The translations under genes were made by a program, and so were the position numbers. The notes below the pieces were generated by a model. It was given only the letters and a program-made list of their open reading frames with translations, did not search any database and was not told where the DNA came from. A stretch of DNA of 60,601 nucleotides from a virus. Lineage: Duplodnaviria; Caudoviricetes. Of this stretch, positions 10,387 to 19,204 are shown piece by piece. The stretch is taken from IMG/VR virus record IMGVR_UViG_3300030012_003336, positions 1 through 60,601 of that record; one strand, given 5' to 3'. Position 1 is the first letter of the stretch. Each line of letters opens with the position of its first letter.

Positions 10387-10495
10387 CCGCTTAGAACTAA
10401 TCAATGGCTAGAGCAACCAGCAGTATTCTGTGATGGATGGAACAAAGCCCAAAAAGCAACCTTAGAACTAATTTTGGCTAGAGCAACCGGCTGCT
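10387..10495 (-). promoter_or_regulatory. Tandem structured motif in capsid 5' leader
   Basis: Two copies of GGTTGCTCTAGCC-N4/5-TTAGTTCTAA, each enclosed by different but mutually complementary flanks. Confidence 0.6.
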
Positions 10496-10504
10496 ATGGT
10501 GCGT

Positions 10505-10534
10505 AGCATATTACAAAATATGCCAGGATGTCAA
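10505..10534 (-). promoter_or_regulatory. sigma70-type promoter for capsid gene
   Basis: TTGACA-18-TATGCT. Confidence 0.65.
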
Positions 10535-10545
10535 TACGCTAATAT

Positions 10546-11746
<1,201 letters not shown>

Positions 11747-11769
<23 letters not shown>

Positions 11770-12046
11770 TTACGATTTCGTTCGGTTGGTTTTTAGTAGG
11801 AGTATTCGACAACTTGTAGAGGTCGTTCAGTGCGTCCCGGTAACCCGCATACCAAGCATGACGCATTGCATTACTTTCTGCATCTTGCAAAGTATTGTAC
11901 GACGGTCCAGCTAATTCTTTGAGGGTAGCCGCCGCTTTACGGAAAGTCTCGCTCGCCAATAAAGCTCTAAGCTCTTCAACAGTTTTTACATCCCGATACC
12001 AAGTATCAAGAGGGACCGGGGGCGTAATTGGTTTTTGTTTAGCCAT
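11747..12046 (-). CDS. Small head-module protein
   Basis: 99 aa; overlaps the MTase stop and the scaffold start. Confidence 0.75.
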
Positions 12047-12957
12047 TAGTTATGTAGTTCGCGTAGTAAATCGGAAAAAGCTTTGGCAACAACAGCAGGG
12101 ACACAACCATTACCCAGCATTCTCAGTCGGTCGGTGCGGTTCGCCACCGGGCACACAATTGTGTCCACCCAACCAGGGGGAGGCCCATCAACTGCTCCAC
12201 CCAATTCGGATTCAATCTCCCCGTTTCCCGATCCGGAATCCCGGTCCCGGTTTCCTGCAACCCGTGGGTGCTCCCACTCATGCTGGTCCTCTTCAGGTAA
12301 ACTAGGCCACCGTAGTTGTGGACTTCCCTCCCTAAAAGACAGTTTGACGGGACATTCCGACAACTCCCCGCCGTCCCGTCCTTCCAATCCCGACTCGTCG
12401 GCGTGGGCCAAGATGAAGACTCTTTTCCGCTGGTGGGGGCCCCCAACTTCGCTCGCCGTAAACATTCCGAACGAACATCGGTAATCTTCTCGCTCCAACT
12501 CTCGGAGGACATGCAACAATACCGGCGTCCCAGCCGGGTCTCCCCAGTGGTCTCCTTTGAGTTCGCTCGTAATGATTCCTTCGACGTTCTCGAGGAACAC
12601 GTAGCGAGGTCGAATAACTCTAATTGCATTCTTTATGTAGGGGAAGAGGTGCCGTCCGTCTGAATCCGCGTTCCGGCGTCCGGGGACAGAGAACGGGGTG
12701 CATGGGAAACCTCCGCTGATAATCTCAATGCCTTTTGGAAAGCATTCCAATGGCAGGGTTTTAATGTCCGTCCACAAAGGTGCCGGATCCAAGTAGCCCG
12801 CTTCCATCTTACTAACCAGGTTTGCGATGGCGAAGGCTTCGACCTCCACGTAAGCGAGTGTTCTGCAATTCGGGAGAACTCTTCGGAGTCCGAGGTCGAT
12901 TCCTCCATACCCAGTGCAGAGCGATAAGTGTCTAATAGTTCCTCGGGCAAAATCCAC
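12046..12957 (-). CDS. DNA (cytosine-5) methyltransferase, large (alpha) chain
   Basis: Motif I LCTGYGG, IV GGFPC, VI ENV, VIII HQRKR, X LGNGCV; no recognisable motif IX in this frame. Confidence 0.92.
   Translation of the reverse strand: MDFARGTIRHLSLCTGYGGIDLGLRRVLPNCRTLAYVEVEAFAIANLVSKMEAGYLDPAPLWTDIKTLPLECFPKGIEIISGGFPCTPFSVPGRRNADSDGRHLFPYIKNAIRVIRPRYVFLENVEGIITSELKGDHWGDPAGTPVLLHVLRELEREDYRCSFGMFTASEVGGPHQRKRVFILAHADESGLEGRDGGELSECPVKLSFREGSPQLRWPSLPEEDQHEWEHPRVAGNRDRDSGSGNGEIESELGGAVDGPPPGWVDTIVCPVANRTDRLRMLGNGCVPAVVAKAFSDLLRELHN
12123..12629 (-). CDS. Overprinted methyltransferase small (beta) chain
   Basis: 168-aa ATG ORF in the +1 frame, entirely inside the MTase; WPTPTSRDWK and motif-IX-like RLNPNWVEQLMGLP. 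Confidence 0.7.
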   Translation of the reverse strand: MQLELFDLATCSSRTSKESLRANSKETTGETRLGRRYCCMSSESWSEKITDVRSECLRRAKLGAPTSGKESSSWPTPTSRDWKDGTAGSCRNVPSNCLLGREVHNYGGLVYLKRTSMSGSTHGLQETGTGIPDRETGRLNPNWVEQLMGLPLVGWTQLCARWRTAPTD

Positions 12958-13024
12958 ACTACACCCACTAACTAAGTTTTAGCTTTTCGTTCAAGATTTT
13001 TATTCTAAAAAGCGAAGATATCCC

Positions 13025-13243
13025 ATGAGTAAAGCTAGCGCACCCATCAACGTAGCAAAATACTGGACTGAAATTCAAAGGGTCTCCACCAAAAAGGTAA
13101 TCGAGCTAAACCTTCAAGAAATAAAGGACGCCGCCAAAGAAGCTCAAAAGGTAAAACCTAAGCCAGCTCTAGCGTTAAACCTCAGTCGTCGTATCGAGGA
13201 ATTGGCTCAAGAAACTGAACTCCTTGTTCGTCGGCTACGTTAG
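13025..13243 (+). CDS. Hypothetical protein
   Basis: 72-aa helical ORF filling the gap; 3' end overlaps the convergent gene by 62 nt. Confidence 0.5.
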   Translation: MSKASAPINVAKYWTEIQRVSTKKVIELNLQEIKDAAKEAQKVKPKPALALNLSRRIEELAQETELLVRRLR

Positions 13244-13556
13244 CACGCTCCTCCATCAGGAGCCCCTTACCCAGAATCATGTAGTTGATAATGTCGTTAA
13301 AGGCATCCTCAACACTCTCGTCCGGAACCTGTAACTCCGAATCGTTCACAAACGAACGAATCCGCTGAATCTTATCCAGCACCCGCATCAGGAGTCCTAA
13401 TACCGGATGCACGCCCAAGACAGTGCTGCTTTTAAAATTGGCAAATGGATCTGTGGCATTTTTGCCGCCAGTATAATCCGAGTTTTTGGTTTGCATGATT
13501 TGCTTGCATTCAATGCAAGTCGAGTCATGCAGGGCTAGAAGTTCTTTAGAGGTCAC
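13182..13556 (-). CDS. DUF1599/Nmad1-like all-alpha nucleotide-pyrophosphatase-fold protein
   Basis: KNSDY..DPFANF..GLLMRVLDKIQRI..DESVEDAFNDIINY pattern. Confidence 0.75.
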   Translation of the reverse strand: MTSKELLALHDSTCIECKQIMQTKNSDYTGGKNATDPFANFKSSTVLGVHPVLGLLMRVLDKIQRIRSFVNDSELQVPDESVEDAFNDIINYMILGKGLLMEERANVADEQGVQFLEPIPRYDD

Positions 13557-15756
13557 CTTGGCGGAACTCTAACGCCGCTTTGGCGTCACGTATAGCCATT
13601 TCTTGGTCATGTTTTTTCTGCTTAATAGCCATGTCCAACTCGGCTTTCTCTTGGGCAATCTGCATCTTTATCTGATGCTCGGCCAGTTTAGCGTCAGGCT
13701 GCTGCGGCATCTGCCCACCTTGAGCTTGAGCCGCTTCCGCTTGCTCCCGCTGAATCTTCTGAGCCGCTTTCGCAGTGTTGTTGATGACCTCTTCGGCAAA
13801 GTTCAACGTCTGCTTGGTCTGACCAACAATGCCCTCGAGGGCCGGATCGCCCGCTGCGAACTGAACTGTCTGACTGATATGCTGGTAGAATGCTTGCAAC
13901 ACCGGCAACGACTGCATCGGATCTGCCTCGCCAACATTCAACTGCTCCAAAAGCTGATTCAATACCGGAACATGAACCTCGAGGTGGGTGCCATGTAACT
14001 CGTTAGCGACAACAGGAACTTGTTGCCCGGCCATCAACTGCTGATTCTCGAAGAACGCAATCTTAACATCTACCGTCGGACGCTTCTGAACTTCCGCTGG
14101 CACATACCGGTCGGCAAGATCATGCCCAACACGGGTGGAAACAATGTCCCTGGTAAGATTGCGACGGCCGACATCGTCGAACTGGCCGCTGATCCCCTGA
14201 AGCTCGCGCAAGGCAACCATCCTATTGGCGTGGCTACCGTTACCAATAGAACGGACAGCCTTGGTGCGGTCAACATCCAGCGTCTGAATAAACTCTTTGG
14301 AAACTCCACGGGCTTCGCACCGCGCAAAGAAATCTTTAACCGCCGCGTCAGGTCGCTTGGTAGTAGCAATCCGACGAACAATCTCGCGGAGAAGACGCCC
14401 CCAGCTCGAATAGAACAAGTTCAGGCTAGCCCCAGACAAACGGGTCGTGACATCCATGTCCGCCACAACCTGCATCTGATTCCGGTATGGGGAACTCTGA
14501 GTCGGGCCGTAGGTGCTGACGGTGTCGGTATTGAGTTGCAACTGCTGAGTAAGGTCCTGCAAGGCAGGCTGAACCGCAGTTCCAAGATTCGGGATCGCTT
14601 TCTCGACGATTTTGACATTCGGGGACATCACCGCGTAAGCCCCATAGAATGTAAACTGCAACTCGTCCAAAGAACGCTGGTTCTCCGGCTGAATCATTAT
14701 TGCAGAAGCCAGCATGGCCCCGTCGATCTGCTGGCAGCGGAGACGGTTGCTCGTCTGGACATGGGAAAAGATACGCTGACCTAGACCCCGGATAGAATGA
14801 TAAGTGCCATTCGACCCCACGCCGTAAGTAAACATGACATACGCCTGCTCTGCTTTTTGATAGCGGGATACTTTCTTATACAGAAAGTCTTTGGGGCTGT
14901 CTTCGGCCGCGATGTAATGGCTAACACTACCGTCCATCTCCTTGACCCAGAAGTGCAGGACTGCAACCGAGGGATTCTGGATCCCGGTATACAGATCATT
15001 GTTCTTCAACTCGGCTTGGACTTCCTCGTAATCCCGATACGTCTGACGCTGCCGCGTAGTCGCATTACTTTTTATGACACGTTTTACCTCCTCAACATTC
15101 CAGCCCACCTTAGCCGCAGCCTTAGGGTCCTTGATGTATGAGTGCAATTCGTGCAGCAGGTAGTTTCGGCGACCAATCGCAATATCAATTGCCTCCTCAC
15201 TAGATGCTGTTTGTCTAGGAATCAGGATGTCTGTAAAACCGCCGACTCGAAATCGCCAGTCATCCGGCGAATCAAAGTAAGCTACAGCTACCCCGTGTTT
15301 AATAAATGTTGTGCAAAGCCGTAAATAGGCGCTGTGGAACTCGGGCCAACTCCGCATCAAGTGCGTGAGTTCTTCTGCAACGATTTCCTCATTCGGTTTA
15401 ATTTCGCTTCCTTCACCCTGAGTTCCCTTAACTTCAACGAGTCTCTCCAAAGAAGAATACAAGTCAACGTAAGCAGACAGAGAGATATCCAAGAGTCGTT
15501 GTGCATCTCCAAAATTTAAATTTGTTTTGAGTCCTTGCCCACTAGTCTGGAGCTGAGTCGCATTGTACGGAGCAGCTCCGTCAAACATTGCATCGATCCG
15601 TGCGCGGTTGATAGCAGATTTTTCATCCGCTCGCCGTAGGGTTCCAAATATGGAAATCGCGCTTTTTACGTCTTTCAGACGGGTTTCAACTGGGGCCCCC
15701 GCATCATCAAGCGATCCAAGATTTAAACCGTCGAGATAACTCGGGGTGTCACTCAT
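13546..15756 (-). CDS. Portal protein
   Basis: ~736 aa from ATG 15756; helical with Q-rich coiled-coil C-terminus (P22-like barrel); first gene of the head module; upstream TTGACT-17-TATGAA-7-ATG. Confidence 0.75.
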   Translation of the reverse strand: MSDTPSYLDGLNLGSLDDAGAPVETRLKDVKSAISIFGTLRRADEKSAINRARIDAMFDGAAPYNATQLQTSGQGLKTNLNFGDAQRLLDISLSAYVDLYSSLERLVEVKGTQGEGSEIKPNEEIVAEELTHLMRSWPEFHSAYLRLCTTFIKHGVAVAYFDSPDDWRFRVGGFTDILIPRQTASSEEAIDIAIGRRNYLLHELHSYIKDPKAAAKVGWNVEEVKRVIKSNATTRQRQTYRDYEEVQAELKNNDLYTGIQNPSVAVLHFWVKEMDGSVSHYIAAEDSPKDFLYKKVSRYQKAEQAYVMFTYGVGSNGTYHSIRGLGQRIFSHVQTSNRLRCQQIDGAMLASAIMIQPENQRSLDELQFTFYGAYAVMSPNVKIVEKAIPNLGTAVQPALQDLTQQLQLNTDTVSTYGPTQSSPYRNQMQVVADMDVTTRLSGASLNLFYSSWGRLLREIVRRIATTKRPDAAVKDFFARCEARGVSKEFIQTLDVDRTKAVRSIGNGSHANRMVALRELQGISGQFDDVGRRNLTRDIVSTRVGHDLADRYVPAEVQKRPTVDVKIAFFENQQLMAGQQVPVVANELHGTHLEVHVPVLNQLLEQLNVGEADPMQSLPVLQAFYQHISQTVQFAAGDPALEGIVGQTKQTLNFAEEVINNTAKAAQKIQREQAEAAQAQGGQMPQQPDAKLAEHQIKMQIAQEKAELDMAIKQKKHDQEMAIRDAKAALEFRQGDL

Positions 15757-15845
15757 CAACAAGTTCATACCTTTTTGAAAGCGTATAGTCAATTATGTAG
15801 TTTTATCTGGACACTCAGACAGCGCCTGAATAAAAGAATCAAGTT

Positions 15846-16067
15846 ATGAAAGGTTATTTCCTATACATGCACTTAATTATGGTCGCAGGATTCTTCACAG
15901 TTTCTTGTTCTACAGCAGACCTCGGCGGACAAGTTCCACTGCCGTTCACCTCGCCATCTACTAGTGCAAAGCTGGACCTCGAACTCCGGCCTATGCCACC
16001 AAAATTCTGTATCGGGCTTGATCTAGTTCCGACTGAGCCCGAAGCAGGGACTACAGCAGACAAGTAG
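15846..16067 (+). CDS. Small putative lipoprotein
   Basis: MK plus hydrophobic stretch plus TVSC lipobox-like motif; TGGACA-17-TAAAAG upstream. Confidence 0.6.
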   Translation: MKGYFLYMHLIMVAGFFTVSCSTADLGGQVPLPFTSPSTSAKLDLELRPMPPKFCIGLDLVPTEPEAGTTADK

Positions 16068-16137
16068 GGAATACTGTGCGGGGGAACCCTACTTAGAAAC
16101 AGACTGCCAGGCAACCAGTCCCCCCGCACAACTCTTT

Positions 16138-16215
16138 ATGCCAAAGCATACAACAAAAAAGCCTAAGCCATATGGTGGTGGTAAGCCGAAGCCGATGGTT
16201 AAACGGCCCAAATAA
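16138..16215 (+). CDS. 25-aa Lys/Pro-rich peptide
   Basis: MPKHTTKKPKPYGGGKPKPMVKRPK*, ends just before the terminator. Confidence 0.5.
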   Translation: MPKHTTKKPKPYGGGKPKPMVKRPK

Positions 16216-16223
16216 ATAAAATC

Positions 16224-16259
16224 AAGCCCGCCTTGGAGTAGCTGCCGAGGCGGGCTTTT
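16224..16259 (+). terminator. Intrinsic terminator, probably bidirectional
   Basis: AAGCCCGCCTTGG/CCGAGGCGGGCTT stem, TTTT on +, A-rich tract on the other side, between convergent genes. Confidence 0.8.
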
Positions 16260-16277
16260 CCGTGACACTCAAGGTTT

Positions 16278-16481
16278 TCACGGGGGTGGGTTGGGGGAAC
16301 CTCTAGTATAAATCGTGTTGCCCGAAGGGTGCGAATTCTGGGGGTCGTAGATGTGTTGTTCTTTCTTCACATTGGTGAAACTCTCGTAAACTCGAAATGC
16401 GGCTTCGATTACAAGGCCGGTCAAAACCATCGTAATCGCCACAACCACAAGGGTTTCCATGAATGTGGACGCCTTTTTCAC
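16278..16481 (-). CDS. Type IV prepilin-like mini-protein (67 aa)
   Basis: GTG start: MKKA|STFMETLVVVAITMVLTGLVIEAAFRVY; basic leader, Glu at +5, hydrophobic helix; extended -10 TGnTACTAT 8 nt upstream. Confidence 0.6.
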   Translation of the reverse strand: MKKASTFMETLVVVAITMVLTGLVIEAAFRVYESFTNVKKEQHIYDPQNSHPSGNTIYTRGSPNPPP

Positions 16482-16565
16482 GCCCTCGCATAGTAACACG
16501 GGCGGTATAGGCAAGAAAGACACCATTAGGGTGAGGGCATCGACACAACCTAGCAAAGTGTCGAT

Positions 16566-17039
16566 TTAAGGGCCTATATTCGACAGGTCCCCCCAGACCT
16601 CATGCAAAAGTTTGTCAACCCGAGCAAAAACTTGCCGTTTGTCGTAGCCCCTCAGGCGGACGCACTCATGTCCTTGGTGATCAACGGCAGTTACAACGTG
16701 TATACGTCCCGCGTTGGGACCCCGCTCATGGGGCTCTATACAGTAAACAAGACCATAGACAGTAATCGCATATCGGGTATTTGAAGGAATTACCCGTGCC
16801 TTTTCTGTGTGTAAGACATAATCCACAGACAACTCGGGCAATTTTTCGTCGTCGATAGCATCGTGACGAAATTTAAATGATTTCCCATTTTTATCTACAA
16901 CGGCTGTTCTTATGGCACCCCCGATATAACTAGGCGTTAACGCGCGGCCCGTCTTCAAGTTCATAACAAGACCGGTCTCTTCACAGAGGGCATAGTGGTT
17001 TGTGTCTGGAACACGCTTAAATCCGGTCGGTATCTGCAT
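16566..17039 (-). CDS. Tandem NUMOD4-like DNA-binding protein without nuclease domain
   Basis: Two copies of (V/I)P....YA....GLV; second ends CVRL..RVDKLLHEVW; no HNH motif. Confidence 0.55.
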   Translation of the reverse strand: MQIPTGFKRVPDTNHYALCEETGLVMNLKTGRALTPSYIGGAIRTAVVDKNGKSFKFRHDAIDDEKLPELSVDYVLHTEKARVIPSNTRYAITVYGLVYCIEPHERGPNAGRIHVVTAVDHQGHECVRLRGYDKRQVFARVDKLLHEVWGDLSNIGP

Positions 17040-17188
17040 ATCGCTACTCAAAAAGTTTTCTATAGACTATATATCTTATATTCCAGAATAAAAGATATAT
17101 CTATATTAGAAAAGTTTTCATTCTGGGTTTTGCATAAACACGCATCCACCTTAGGGCTAATCCCTGTTCAACGCCTTTTATTTTAACG

Positions 17189-17443
17189 CTATTCAGCGGT
17201 AGAGTCGCTTGCCTGCGCTTTTTTTAAATCTTGGTATCTCTCGGCTCTACGCTTCAAAAGACGCTCTCTGTTCTTGAGGTAATACTCGCGGTTGTATTTT
17301 AGCCTGCGCTCTATTTTTTCTGGGTCAACCGCCTCCTCAATTTGCCGTTTACGGTTAATCTTGTCTTTGTTTTTCTGGTAGTATTTACGCTGATACTCGC
17401 ACCTGGCCTGCTTATTTCTGTCGTAATAGGATGGCTGCTCCAT
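17189..17443 (-). CDS. Small basic protein with YYxxN repeats
   Basis: YYDRNK, YYQKNK, YYLKNR; TTGACA at 17477-17472. Confidence 0.7.
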   Translation of the reverse strand: MEQPSYYDRNKQARCEYQRKYYQKNKDKINRKRQIEEAVDPEKIERRLKYNREYYLKNRERLLKRRAERYQDLKKAQASDSTAE

Positions 17444-17613
17444 TCCTCAATTAATGGAATTGATGGTATTTTGTCAAATTTTTTCATACACACTGATATA
17501 TATGAGTAGCGTGCCGCAGAAAAACGGCAGGGTGGGGGGTGGCGTGTCAACACGTAGCACACAACACACTGTATCCAGCTCGCTTCGCTCGTCGTATTTT
17601 TTGGGGGGAAAAG

Positions 17614-17917
17614 CTACCCGGGCCCGGGGCCCGGCAGCATGTTTGCAATCTACCCGGGCCCGGAGGCCCGGCAGCAGGCCACAGGCTCCCGGCTCCCGGT
17701 TCCCGGGTTCCGGCTCCCGCCATCATCCGCCGGTTGCACGGTTCCGGGTGCCGGATTCCGGGGGCCGGGATCATTTTACTAGGACCCCGCACCCCCGTGG
17801 AACGCGTGGAACAATCCAGCCTTTCCCGTGGAACACGCGTGGAACCCGGAGCCCGGAACCCGGAAAAAAGATTCAATTGTTCAATCCTTTTTACTTGTCA
17901 AAGGTGCCGGTTGCCGG
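17614..17917. repeat. CCGG-rich non-coding array
   Basis: ~20 CCGG in ~300 bp; direct repeat CTACCCGGGCCCGG(G/AG)GCCCGGCAGCA at 17614 and 17650; CGTGGAAC x4. Confidence 0.9.
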
Positions 17918-17923
17918 TAGCTT
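17895..17923 (+). promoter_or_regulatory. Early promoter (leaderless type)
   Basis: TTGTCA-17-TAGCTT, 8 nt before ATG 17932. Confidence 0.7.
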
Positions 17924-17931
17924 CCAACCGT

Positions 17932-18162
17932 ATGCAATTCTTACCCACTATTGAAGTCACGGGCGCGGTTTCCCTCGCCCTCAGTAAAGGCGCTTTAACA
18001 CTTCAGCCGGGCCAATGGATCCGGATTCACAAGGATTCCCCGCCCTCCCGTTTCGTACGCGTGAAGCCGAATGGAGTGATTTACGCAGTCCACCCGCACG
18101 GGAAAGAAGGCGTATCAAATGAGCGATTCCAAGAGGCTCTCACCTGCTGGCCCGTAAAGTAG
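17932..18162 (+). CDS. Early hypothetical protein (76 aa)
   Basis: MQFLPTIEV... start assigned from the promoter; the upstream ORF extension is low-complexity repeat. Confidence 0.7.
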   Translation: MQFLPTIEVTGAVSLALSKGALTLQPGQWIRIHKDSPPSRFVRVKPNGVIYAVHPHGKEGVSNERFQEALTCWPVK

Positions 18163-18185
18163 TAACCCCACACCATCCAAACAAT

Positions 18186-18683
18186 ATGAAAAGACAATTC
18201 CACATTACCACCGGCCGCAATCGCTCTGTTGAGAGAGTTTGGATTGAGGGCTCTGCCAATCTTCCCGGCTGGCGTCCGGGAGATAGATTCGACGCGCTAT
18301 TTCACAAGGGCGGTTTGATCTACCAAAAAAACCCCGCCGGAAAGCGGAAAGTTTCCGGAAAGAATGGAGAGCCCGTTCTGGACACGAACTCGAAAAAACT
18401 CGCGACGGTTTGCGGGTTCTCTACCGGTGACCGGCTCCCGGTGCAAGTCTCCCCGGATCATATCGCGATAGGGTGCCCTGATCAGTTAAACCGCTGGCGC
18501 GGGATAACGGAAACCGTAGACAGCGTCACGGCCGCCCGCAATCTTGAAAAGCTCCGGGCAATCGATCCCGCGCACGCGGCAAGGATTGAGGAACTCGAGT
18601 TGCAGCTTGCCAATTTGAAAGCCCTACGAGCGAACGCTCCGCGCGGGTGGGATATGGCTGAAACCTCAACCCCCAACGGATAG
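18186..18683 (+). CDS. Early protein, AbrB/SymE-like fold
   Basis: RVWIEG..GWRPGDRF and GFSTGDRLPVQV, two swapped-hairpin-like halves. Confidence 0.5.
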   Translation: MKRQFHITTGRNRSVERVWIEGSANLPGWRPGDRFDALFHKGGLIYQKNPAGKRKVSGKNGEPVLDTNSKKLATVCGFSTGDRLPVQVSPDHIAIGCPDQLNRWRGITETVDSVTAARNLEKLRAIDPAHAARIEELELQLANLKALRANAPRGWDMAETSTPNG

Positions 18684-18687
18684 ACCC

Positions 18688-19143
18688 ATGATGCGACTAG
18701 AAACCGTAAACGAGACGCGCCAGCTATTACGCGGGCGGTTGCTCTCGATTGAGAACCGGCTCCGGAATTGGGAAGACACGGCCCCGCACGGGCTACGGCT
18801 GACTTATTTCATAGAGGGCTTCGAGGGGTGGATTTCCCGCGAAGTTTTGCCGGGCGATTTCTTCCCTAGCCATGGGATCCCTACCGGCCGGGATGCGTTA
18901 GACTTTGCTGAATACTGCTGCCCTTCCCTCGCCACTTGGTGCCGGTTTTTACGGCTCCGGGATCCTCGAGCGGATGCGATTGACTACGGCATTTCCTGCC
19001 GGGTGGAAAAGCTCCCGGCTCCAGAGGAGGTTTATGACGAGTTCGGAGTTAACACCTGTAACACATTCAACACCCCGGCCCCGGCCCCGGCTCCGGGGGA
19101 TCCTCAATTTTGGGGGATAGATCACGACGGGGTTCCCTACTAA
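18688..19143 (+). CDS. Early hypothetical protein
   Basis: 151 aa, packed after the previous gene, followed by a terminator. Confidence 0.65.
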   Translation: MMRLETVNETRQLLRGRLLSIENRLRNWEDTAPHGLRLTYFIEGFEGWISREVLPGDFFPSHGIPTGRDALDFAEYCCPSLATWCRFLRLRDPRADAIDYGISCRVEKLPAPEEVYDEFGVNTCNTFNTPAPAPAPGDPQFWGIDHDGVPY

Positions 19144-19170
19144 CGGAGCCCGGAACCCGGAACCCGGAAG

Positions 19171-19204
19171 CCTCGCCCCTGCCACGGGGGCGGGGTTTTC
19201 TTTT
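19171..19204 (+). terminator. Intrinsic terminator
   Basis: CCTCGCCCCTG-CCA-CGGGGGCGGGG then TTTTCTTTT. Confidence 0.8.

Noticed and set aside
16303-16548. 81-aa Cys-rich ORF overlapping the pilin-like gene
   Set aside because: TTG start lies inside a hairpin (ATCGACAC/GTGTCGAT) with no promoter support; the other frame has a promoter and a coherent signal. Not fully excluded.
17454-17954. Pro/Gly/Arg-rich ORFs across the CCGG array (also 18949-19350, 20401-21163)
   Set aside because: Stop-poor GC-rich repeats produce spurious ORFs on both strands
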